Below, piece by piece: positions 10,576 to 18,850 of a stretch of 64,000 nucleotides of DNA. The stretch is from Escherichia phage HansTraber_Bas100: sequence record PQ850605.1; one strand, written 5' to 3'. Position numbers and translations under genes: made by a program. The stretch's first letter is position 1. Every line of letters starts with the position of its first letter. The notes under the pieces are model-generated. The model was given only the letters and a program-made list of their open reading frames with translations, made no database searches and was not told the origin of the DNA.

Positions 10576-10928
10576 CAACTCTAACGATTGAAGTTAATGA
10601 TAACAATGACCTGTTTCTGCCTGATGGAAGAAATTTGAATATTCTGTCAGGAGAAAAGGCCATGGTACAAGTTATCAAGGCGGCGCATCAAATGCGACTT
10701 GGTGAAGACTTGTACGATATAGAAAACGGGGTCGATTATTTGGGGACCGTTTTCAAGTCGCCCGTTGACGAAGACGGTGCGCGAAAGTCGATTGCAGATG
10801 CTATTCTGAAGAAAGCAGACGTTGCCGGAATCGACTCATTGACTGTCACCATCCAAAACGGTATTCTTGGATTCACCGCTGAAGTGGTGACTATTTATGG
10901 CGAACGTATAAAGGTGAGTAATCAATAA
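10572..10928 (+). CDS. hypothetical tail protein
   Basis: ORF track (TTG start); translationally coupled. Confidence 0.35.
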   Translation: MTTLTIEVNDNNDLFLPDGRNLNILSGEKAMVQVIKAAHQMRLGEDLYDIENGVDYLGTVFKSPVDEDGARKSIADAILKKADVAGIDSLTVTIQNGILGFTAEVVTIYGERIKVSNQ

Positions 10929-11194
10929 TGGCACAAGTAATTCATTTTGCAAATGGCGTCATGAAATTTGGCGAAAAATTTGAAGACGCATCAGAGCTGT
11001 TTAATAAGAAGGTTGAGCCTGTTGCAGAAATCAAAGAGCAGGTCGAAGAAGAATCCGTTGAACAAAAACTAGATTTTGATTCCATGAGCGTTTCAGAATT
11101 GAAGTCTTATGCTAAAGAAAATGGCATTGACATCAAGGGTCTTTCTTATAAGGATGAAATTCTTGCTGCAGTTAAATCTGCATCTGCGGAGTAA
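10928..11194 (+). CDS. small acidic protein with C-terminal HeH/SAP-like motif
   Basis: 88 aa; C-terminal SVSELKSYAKENGIDIKGLSYKDEILAAV resembles a helix-extension-helix motif. Confidence 0.35.
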   Translation: MAQVIHFANGVMKFGEKFEDASELFNKKVEPVAEIKEQVEEESVEQKLDFDSMSVSELKSYAKENGIDIKGLSYKDEILAAVKSASAE

Positions 11195-11196
11195 AC

Positions 11197-11694
11197 ATGG
11201 TCAATATTAGTGGATTTGGCACAAGCATTAGAATTGTCGCTCTTCAATCTTTTCCTGTTGGGCTGAATATCAGTTCTTTGTCTGATGACCAGGATTCGCT
11301 AATTATTGAGGAAGTTGAATCAGTAGGTTATCAACTTACTTACGACGGCGGCATTTGCATATACGACAAAGCCGCCGTCGTTCGCGTATCCATTGCGGTC
11401 ATTCCAAACACTGAAGATGACATAAATCTTAAGCTTTTATTATCTGCCCGTAAAGGTGGATTCAAGTGGTTGCCAATTCAGGATGTGACATCGATGCTTA
11501 TTACATATCCTGACGGTGGAAGGGTAGTATTCTCGAACGGAACAATAATCAGCGGTCCGCTTGGTGACTCCATAGAGCAATCAGGCCGTCGCAAGACAAA
11601 CCGATACACATTTGTGTTTGCCAGCTACGGTGGCGCACAGAGCACGTCTCAAATTGCCAAGGGCGTGGTGCAGAGCATATTGGGGTCCATTTAA
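11197..11694 (+). CDS. tail tube-like protein (paralog of 9779..10246)
   Basis: N-terminus MVNISGFGTSIRIVA parallels MINVSGFGASIRLVA of the upstream tube gene; similar length. Confidence 0.45.
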   Translation: MVNISGFGTSIRIVALQSFPVGLNISSLSDDQDSLIIEEVESVGYQLTYDGGICIYDKAAVVRVSIAVIPNTEDDINLKLLLSARKGGFKWLPIQDVTSMLITYPDGGRVVFSNGTIISGPLGDSIEQSGRRKTNRYTFVFASYGGAQSTSQIAKGVVQSILGSI

Positions 11695-12227
11695 TGGCTA
11701 TCGATTTACTGTCATATAGTCTATCAAACAGAAGCTTCACGATAAAGAGCTTCAACCTTGGAGAAGTATCCACGCTTGGATGGGCCATAGTCAACGTCAA
11801 AATAAGACTCCAAGCGAAGATATTCAAAAACCAAAGGGAAGACGGCAGCTATATTGTCGATGGCAGAGTAAAGATGCCGCGAATACTCACTGTCACCGTG
11901 ATAGCTCAGACGAAAAGCGCATCAGATGCAATCGCTAAGATGTTGCAAAACAGGTCGACTATATACACAATTAATTCCCGTGGTCTAATATTCGAACGTA
12001 TGGTGCTGCAAAATAACAACTTCAGCCAGGACGCTGACAATATAACGTCTCAGCCCATACAATTGGTCTTCCATGAGATATTAACACAGCAGGATGTGTC
12101 TATTCAAACAGCGCAGGCAGGCGACTCAACAGTAATAGAGCGCGGCATTGCATACATAAAAGAAACTTCTGCCAGCGTCACTGGCGTCGCTACAAAGGTG
12201 ATGAATGGTATCAAGGGGATGTTCTGA
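11694..12227 (+). CDS. hypothetical tail protein
   Basis: ORF track; tail module. Confidence 0.4.
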   Translation: MAIDLLSYSLSNRSFTIKSFNLGEVSTLGWAIVNVKIRLQAKIFKNQREDGSYIVDGRVKMPRILTVTVIAQTKSASDAIAKMLQNRSTIYTINSRGLIFERMVLQNNNFSQDADNITSQPIQLVFHEILTQQDVSIQTAQAGDSTVIERGIAYIKETSASVTGVATKVMNGIKGMF

Positions 12228-12787
12228 TGGACTTCGTTTCGATTCTGCTTTCTGGTCAATCTTTGACCATAACGAATGAGTCAACAGGTCTTCCTGTCTG
12301 GACAAGGCTTTCACCTGTTTCTGCAGAAATAACATCCCCAGCAGAAACAACTCAATTCCCTCTTGCTGGTACAGCCATGCAGGTTGTCGAAGTATCAAGC
12401 ACGTCATCAGTAAGCAATTTACAGGCGGCAAAGGTTGTAATGCCAGCCCATATGGCGTTAAACGTAATTTGCAATGACCAGTCTACAATTGAAAATATCA
12501 TAAATTCATTTGATGATGACGAAGTCACATTTTCAATAACTTCTCGAAGCATCATTGCCAGTAAAATGTCGATGTCCGACGTTGAAATAACCCAGTCAGA
12601 AGAAAACTTGAATGGAGTATCAATAGTAATAACTTTCGAGCAAACGTCATTTAGCATTCAAGGAAGCTTCGACCCTAAACAATCTGCAGACGAATCATCA
12701 AATGGTGTTGCTATTAAAGAACCAGTCAGTTTGACTACAACTGTGAGTTCGTTATATAATAAAATAAAATCAACAGTAGGAATATAG
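12227..12787 (+). CDS. hypothetical tail protein
   Basis: ORF track; tail module. Confidence 0.4.
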   Translation: MDFVSILLSGQSLTITNESTGLPVWTRLSPVSAEITSPAETTQFPLAGTAMQVVEVSSTSSVSNLQAAKVVMPAHMALNVICNDQSTIENIINSFDDDEVTFSITSRSIIASKMSMSDVEITQSEENLNGVSIVITFEQTSFSIQGSFDPKQSADESSNGVAIKEPVSLTTTVSSLYNKIKSTVGI

Positions 12788-12788
12788 A

Positions 12789-13205
12789 ATGAAGATCACC
12801 AACAAACAAACTGGTCGTACAGTAGAAATTAAAATCAGCAAAATGACTGCGATGGAAGGCTGGAATATTCAGCGTCGCTTTGTCGAATTTGCAATGTCGA
12901 AAGACCCTGCGTTCCGTTCAGAGTATACGATGGAAGTGTTGAGCTTCGCAAAAGTCGAGCTTGATGTGGGCCAAGAAATCCCATTAAGTACTGGTGCACT
13001 AATTGACAACCATCTTGGTGACTGGGAAAACCTTAAAGAAGTCTTCGAAGCAGTCCTCATGGAGAACGGTATAAACCCAGATACTCACGCCGAGCGTGAA
13101 GGCTACTGGGAACAAGCTGGCGGCGAAATGGCTGCAGCATTCATCGGCGAATCGATGCGATTAATCGCTCCATTCCTCAGCGGCGAGACTCCAAACAAGG
13201 GGTAA
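12789..13205 (+). CDS. putative tail assembly chaperone
   Basis: 138-aa acidic protein immediately upstream of the tape measure gene. Confidence 0.35.
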   Translation: MKITNKQTGRTVEIKISKMTAMEGWNIQRRFVEFAMSKDPAFRSEYTMEVLSFAKVELDVGQEIPLSTGALIDNHLGDWENLKEVFEAVLMENGINPDTHAEREGYWEQAGGEMAAAFIGESMRLIAPFLSGETPNKG

Positions 13206-13208
13206 ACT

Positions 13209-15389
13209 GTGTCTGACTCATTAGAAAAATTTGTGCTTCAATATACGGTGGACTTGAAAGAGTCCATCAATCGTCTTGAGCAATTGCAAGATAAGGTTGA
13301 TCAGACAAACAAAAAGGCAAAATCCGCTGGCAAAGATTTCTCTGGAGCATTCAAAGATGTTTTTGGCGAGCTAAAGCCGCTTACTGGTGAGCTAGGGTCA
13401 ATTGACGGAATACTTGCGCGGCTGACATATCGTTTTGCCGCGCTCGTCCCTGTTGTCGCAGGATTGGCAGTCGTCGTCAAATCCATCGTTGATGTTCGAA
13501 AAGAATACGAAGCGCAAAGAAAGCTTGGTTTTGAAGCCGGACTCTCTCCAATGGGTGTCGAACAACTACAACGACAGTTGAATGAAAGTTCAGGTGGCAT
13601 CCTTGGCGCACAGGGGTCGCGCGATTTAATCAGCAAAGCTTCTAATTTGGCATTCAATGCATACACCAACCCTGATGTGATGAACAAGGACAACTTGTTG
13701 CTGAACAAGATGGGGACAAGTCCTTTCAACAGTAACGGCGGCATCAAAGACACGAATCAGCTGCTTGATGAAATTGGAACAAAGCTGAGAAGTGTTAATG
13801 AGCAAACCGCTCGTGCCATTGGTGCTCTGGCAGGATTCACGGCTGATGAAGTCCGCGCCCTTCGTGAGCGCAACCAGTCTGTGAAAGAAAGCACGCGCAT
13901 AAGTGACGAAGAAACCGCGAAGCTGCAAAGACAGCAAGCTGCTCTTGAGACTATACGAAATAGTATGGGGCAAATTCAAGAAGATTGGCGGCGTATTGAA
14001 CTGGTCATCGGTGAAAACGTTATGCCTGCATTCTCGACGCTTGTCAGCAAAACCGCCGATACAGTCGAAGGATTCCAGATGATGTTCCAAAGAATGTCCG
14101 ATGGGTGGTCTGAATTCGTCGACAATTTCATTGCTGACTTGAAACATCCGTTCGACAAGCAGGCCGCTGTCAACGAGCGTCACGAGCGTGCCGTTGATAG
14201 ATGGATCACGCAGATGGCAGACGGCGATGTGAAACGCCAGAGGAACCAGGAGCAAAACGCTGCTGAACAACGCTCTGCACAAGCACTTTTCACTCGTGAT
14301 ATAAATCTTTTTTCAAGCGCCGTGTCAACTTTTGCTGGCGTGATTGATGAGCGTCAAGCTTGGGCGGCATGGGCAGGTGAAATTGGGCGCAGCGCAGGGC
14401 AATCCGCGATGCCTGGAACGCCTGCATTGAATACTGGCGCGACCATAGGGAGTAATCTTGGGTCAGGAAACCCGACAGCGTATGACTCAATATATGAGGA
14501 AGCTTCAAAACGCTATGGCATACCTGTGGCGATGATGAAGGCCGTGACTGAAGTTGAATCTGGATTCAATCCAAATGCTGTGAGCGGAGCAGGCGCGACT
14601 GGTTTGATGCAAATAATGCCTTCTAACTTCAAGGGTCTTGGAATAACCGATGGCAATGATCCTCGACAAAACATTATGGGCGGCGCTCAACTGTTGAAAG
14701 AGTATTTAAACGCTGCCAACGGCGATTGGAATCTTGCGCTGACGATGTATCACGGTGGCTACGACCGCAGCGGCTGGGGCAAGAATACACGCGCTTATCC
14801 TGGAAAGGTCATGGCCGCTCTCGACCGACAATCCAATGGTGAGTATGCCACGGCAGCGCCGCAAGGTGCACCAGTTACTCCAGTACTTAGCGGTAGCGGA
14901 GCGGAAGCACCAAAGGGCAGCTATGCACCAGTACAAGGCCAATCGCGCCAAACAGTGCAATACAGGCAATTGCAAGAAGCCATTGCAGGATACCTGAACG
15001 TACCAGTTGAGCAGTTGATGCAGGGACAAGTCAACAAAGGTGATATTGACTTTGCTCAAACTTACCTTAAGCTTGGCACGCAAAGGGATTATATTAAAAA
15101 CATGCAACTGGCTTCAACTCCAGGTGTAAGACCGAACATTCAAGCCGAAGCTATGAAAAACGCTCGTCTTGCTGCATTCCAACTTGAAGCATTCCAGAAA
15201 TACGGTGGCGACCTTTCCGCGAATAGTCGACCTGGTGGGCGTGATATTACTATGGGTCAGAAAAACGTTGTCATCAACGTCAACGGCGCTCAAGACCCAC
15301 GCAGCACGGCATTCGAAACGAAACGAGTGCTTGAACAAGATGATATCAACGACATAAACAACCTTACTGCTACACCTTTGAAGTGGTGA
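13209..15389 (+). CDS. tail tape measure protein with lytic transglycosylase (SLT) domain
   Basis: 726 aa; helical N-terminal half with a hydrophobic segment; SLT catalytic signature KAVTEVESGFNPNAVSGAGATGLMQIMPSNF. Confidence 0.7.
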   Translation: MSDSLEKFVLQYTVDLKESINRLEQLQDKVDQTNKKAKSAGKDFSGAFKDVFGELKPLTGELGSIDGILARLTYRFAALVPVVAGLAVVVKSIVDVRKEYEAQRKLGFEAGLSPMGVEQLQRQLNESSGGILGAQGSRDLISKASNLAFNAYTNPDVMNKDNLLLNKMGTSPFNSNGGIKDTNQLLDEIGTKLRSVNEQTARAIGALAGFTADEVRALRERNQSVKESTRISDEETAKLQRQQAALETIRNSMGQIQEDWRRIELVIGENVMPAFSTLVSKTADTVEGFQMMFQRMSDGWSEFVDNFIADLKHPFDKQAAVNERHERAVDRWITQMADGDVKRQRNQEQNAAEQRSAQALFTRDINLFSSAVSTFAGVIDERQAWAAWAGEIGRSAGQSAMPGTPALNTGATIGSNLGSGNPTAYDSIYEEASKRYGIPVAMMKAVTEVESGFNPNAVSGAGATGLMQIMPSNFKGLGITDGNDPRQNIMGGAQLLKEYLNAANGDWNLALTMYHGGYDRSGWGKNTRAYPGKVMAALDRQSNGEYATAAPQGAPVTPVLSGSGAEAPKGSYAPVQGQSRQTVQYRQLQEAIAGYLNVPVEQLMQGQVNKGDIDFAQTYLKLGTQRDYIKNMQLASTPGVRPNIQAEAMKNARLAAFQLEAFQKYGGDLSANSRPGGRDITMGQKNVVINVNGAQDPRSTAFETKRVLEQDDINDINNLTATPLKW

Positions 15390-15393
15390 TAAT

Positions 15394-16266
15394 TTGAAAA
15401 AGAGAATCCTTAAAGTCACCTTATCTATGCCGGATGGCACAAGCCAAGTGCTTGATGAAGGATTGATGCTTAGATGCCGAATCAAAAAGGCAGCACTTTC
15501 CGTGCAAAATAAGGCCACAATCGAAGTCGCAGGATTAACAGGGTACTTGAGAGAGTACCTGCTTTCCAACTTCACCGCATTCAACAAACGTCTGCGTGAT
15601 CAAGGCCAATTGGCGGCGAATTATGTCAACGTAACAATTGAAGCTGGATATAGAGAAGGCAACGTTGTTAGTAGCAACTTAGTCTACAAGGGGCAAGTCA
15701 CAACGGTCGAGATAACAGCGCCGCCGCCGAACATCGTCATACGCATCACTTGCTACACCAACCAGATAAACAGGACTAAGTTCATCACTCAAGCTGCGCC
15801 GTCAAACCCAACATTCAAAGAGTTTGTGGAGTGGTCGGCAAAGCAAATGGATATTGATACTGTTATATGCGATACTTCGATTAACAATCAGCGCCTTGTT
15901 AACCCAGGCCGCACAACATATGTTGCAGCCGCCTTGCTGCTTGAGATTCAGAACTATCAAAGGAACTCTATTGCGGCATATATCGATGATGATACGCTCA
16001 TCGTCAAGGATAAAGACAAAATTCTGAATCCAGAACAAATAACGGTGATTGAGGAATTTGTCGGAATACCGATGTGGAACGAGTGGGGCGCTGACTTCAC
16101 TTGCATGTATAACGCGGATTTGAAGCTTGCCCAAGGTGTGAAATTCAAATCAGTCTTAAACCCAAGCTTGAACGACACCACATTCGTCATCATGCAACTT
16201 GAATATGATTTAGCAAGTCGTGATGACATATTTACGGTGACGGGCGACGTTGCACCATCGGCCTAA
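15394..16266 (+). CDS. tail/baseplate protein
   Basis: 290-aa ORF (TTG start) directly after the tape measure gene. Confidence 0.4.
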   Translation: MKKRILKVTLSMPDGTSQVLDEGLMLRCRIKKAALSVQNKATIEVAGLTGYLREYLLSNFTAFNKRLRDQGQLAANYVNVTIEAGYREGNVVSSNLVYKGQVTTVEITAPPPNIVIRITCYTNQINRTKFITQAAPSNPTFKEFVEWSAKQMDIDTVICDTSINNQRLVNPGRTTYVAAALLLEIQNYQRNSIAAYIDDDTLIVKDKDKILNPEQITVIEEFVGIPMWNEWGADFTCMYNADLKLAQGVKFKSVLNPSLNDTTFVIMQLEYDLASRDDIFTVTGDVAPSA

Positions 16267-16268
16267 AT

Positions 16269-16790
16269 ATGAGAAAGAATAAAGTAATTGAGCTGTTTGG
16301 AGTTACTTATGAAATACATCAATTCAGCGCAATAGATGCGTTTGAAATGGTTGATGCGATAAGCATATTAACTCCACTTGAATTATTGAGTGAATGTCAT
16401 GTTATCAAATATGACGGAACTAAAGTCAGGTTAAACTCTGAGAAGGCAATAAGTGAAGAGGTGAAAAGTGTGCCAAATCACTTGCCGCCCAACCTTGTAT
16501 TGAAAGTTCTAATGGAAGCGGTAAAGAAGCACAATTTTGGATTCCTCAGCGATTGGAAAGGTACTAAGATTCCAAATAGATTCTTGGCTGACGTTCCGAC
16601 CGTAGAGCCTAATTATCTTGAGCCGATGGTTGCAAGCCTAATAAACAATGGTCTTGCTTCGTTAAAAGAATTGGAAGAATATTATTCATTGCGTGATGCA
16701 TTCGCTATGTTTGATGGACTAATAGCAAAATCACTTAATGAAGCCTACTCAAACGAAGCTGCCATTAAAGAATCAAAGTCAAATCGCTAA
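16269..16790 (+). CDS. hypothetical baseplate-region protein
   Basis: ORF track. Confidence 0.4.
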   Translation: MRKNKVIELFGVTYEIHQFSAIDAFEMVDAISILTPLELLSECHVIKYDGTKVRLNSEKAISEEVKSVPNHLPPNLVLKVLMEAVKKHNFGFLSDWKGTKIPNRFLADVPTVEPNYLEPMVASLINNGLASLKELEEYYSLRDAFAMFDGLIAKSLNEAYSNEAAIKESKSNR

Positions 16791-16847
16791 AATATTGCTT
16801 ATAGACTCCTTATAGATTATAATTTGTTGATCAGATATAAGGAGTCT

Positions 16848-17576
16848 ATGATGGCAGAAAAGTTAACCCAACTTACAAGCCCCAACCAAACTGACAAATC
16901 AAGTATGTTTGCCGCGCTGCAGGGAATGCTGGACCGTGGCAAGTATACCACTGACGGCATGATTCCTGCACAAGTAATATCTTATGACCGCAAACAGAAT
17001 TTAGCAGTCATAAAGCCTGTTATTCATTTCGTAAGTCTTGATGATAAACCAGTGGAGCGTCAACCTTTGGTGTCAATTCCTGTATTGGCAATCGGCGGCG
17101 GCGGCTTCGTAATCAACTTTCCTCTGAAAGAGGGTGATTTGGGCTGGATATTCGCTGGCGACCGCGAGTTGTCGACATTCCTTGAAGAATTGAAGCCGAC
17201 CGCGCCTACCAATGGCCGCGCGAAAACTTTTGCTGATGGACTGTTCATACCGGATGTATTTCGAAAATACGCCATAAGCGGAGAGGATGCAGGCTCAATG
17301 GTAATCCAGTCACTCAGCGGAGCTGTCCGCATCGCATTAAGTGATGACTCGATAAACATAACTGCATCGGCTGGAGTAAATGTGAAAACACCAATAACCA
17401 CTATCGACCAACAATTGATAGTTAATGGAAAGGCAACGTTCAATGGTGGTATAGAAGGGAAAGAAGGAACGACGGCAACGCTTCCGACTGGCACAACAAT
17501 CGGCGGCACAAATGTATCCACTCACGGTCACATAGGTAACGGACCTGGAAACAGAACTGGGGATATGATAGAATGA
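16848..17576 (+). CDS. baseplate spike protein (P2 gpV / Mu gp45-like)
   Basis: ATG with AAGGAG RBS; central PLKEGDLGWIFAGDRELSTF resembles the conserved GD-x-V-x-V-x-F-x-GD spike motif. Confidence 0.45.
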   Translation: MMAEKLTQLTSPNQTDKSSMFAALQGMLDRGKYTTDGMIPAQVISYDRKQNLAVIKPVIHFVSLDDKPVERQPLVSIPVLAIGGGGFVINFPLKEGDLGWIFAGDRELSTFLEELKPTAPTNGRAKTFADGLFIPDVFRKYAISGEDAGSMVIQSLSGAVRIALSDDSINITASAGVNVKTPITTIDQQLIVNGKATFNGGIEGKEGTTATLPTGTTIGGTNVSTHGHIGNGPGNRTGDMIE

Positions 17577-18844
17577 GTGCACAATATTCTTACATAGTAA
17601 GCACTGGTGTAATAACCATCGACACAGCCGATTTGCTGGCTGACGTTCAAAGTGAATGGATTGAGTCATTAGGGGTCGGGCTTGACGTTGATGCCTCGAC
17701 ACCGCAAGGCACCCTAATCGCAACGGAGACTTTGGCAAGAACTTCAGTGATGAAGAACAACGCCGAGCTGGGAAGTCTCATCAACCCAAATTATTCGTAT
17801 GGCGTATACCTTGATGCCATCGCGGCATTGCTTGGGATTGAGCGAACTAAAAACATCAGCACGATGCTAAAAGGAATTACCGCAGAAGGAACGCCGCTGT
17901 TGGAGATTCCTGCTGGAAGTTTGCTGACGGATTCAAATGGCACATACTGGTATGTTTTGGAAGACGTTCAAATCACTTCGACTGGCAAGACAAGTAATAT
18001 GACTCTTGCATCAAAAGAGTATGGCTCATTTACTGTTGCACCTGATGAAGAGTTTACCGTGGTGCAAGGATATGACGTCATCGGATGGTCAAGAACGTAT
18101 TCAACATCAGCAACGACGACCGTACCAGGTACGCAATACATGGGCGACGGAGCGTTAAAGGCCGCTCGCGTTAAGCGCCTTTACCAGCAGGGAATTGCAT
18201 CGCTTGGTGCTATTCGCGCTCGCGCCATGTCGGTCGACGGCGTGGAATCGGTGATGGTCGTGGAGAACGACACGGGATTGCCTGGAACGGTGCGCGGCAT
18301 CACCTTTTCAACGCCTAACGGTGTCTGGGTGTGCGCAAGCGGAACGTTCGATAAGCAAGTCTTTGCTGAGACTATTTTCAAGGCAAAGATGGGTGGCCAG
18401 CCGTGGGACTTTGGTGCTACCAACCAGGGTGATCCAGTCAACTCGCCTGATGGAATAGAAGTTGTCGACGAAGAATCGCAACTGTCTTATTTCGTAAAGT
18501 TCAACACTGCTGTCATATATGACTTGTATGTCGATATTACTGTTGTAAGAGGCACCGCAACCGCCGATGCCGAATCTATTATTGCCGCTGTGTTGAATTA
18601 CGGTAATGGAAATTTTAACGGCGAGCAAGGATATGCAGTGGGCCAATCTCAATCTTCTTTTGAGATTGCTTCAGCAGTGTCTTGCGAGTATCCAGGTCTG
18701 TACATTAAAGATTGCAAAATTGCAGCAGTAAAAAGCGGACAGGCAGCGCCAAATTATCCATCCGATTACGGCAGCGAGTGGATTGCCAATCCTTGGGATA
18801 AGGCTAATACTATGCGCGGCTTCATCAACGTTAAATTTGTGTGA
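17573..18844 (+). CDS. baseplate J-like protein
   Basis: 423 aa; follows the spike gene with 4-nt overlap; size and order as for P2 gpJ / Mu gp47. Confidence 0.5.
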   Translation: MSAQYSYIVSTGVITIDTADLLADVQSEWIESLGVGLDVDASTPQGTLIATETLARTSVMKNNAELGSLINPNYSYGVYLDAIAALLGIERTKNISTMLKGITAEGTPLLEIPAGSLLTDSNGTYWYVLEDVQITSTGKTSNMTLASKEYGSFTVAPDEEFTVVQGYDVIGWSRTYSTSATTTVPGTQYMGDGALKAARVKRLYQQGIASLGAIRARAMSVDGVESVMVVENDTGLPGTVRGITFSTPNGVWVCASGTFDKQVFAETIFKAKMGGQPWDFGATNQGDPVNSPDGIEVVDEESQLSYFVKFNTAVIYDLYVDITVVRGTATADAESIIAAVLNYGNGNFNGEQGYAVGQSQSSFEIASAVSCEYPGLYIKDCKIAAVKSGQAAPNYPSDYGSEWIANPWDKANTMRGFINVKFV

Positions 18845-18850
18845 GGAACT

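Noticed and set aside
13626-14282. 218-aa - strand ORF inside the tape measure gene
   Set aside because: Antisense to the tape measure gene.
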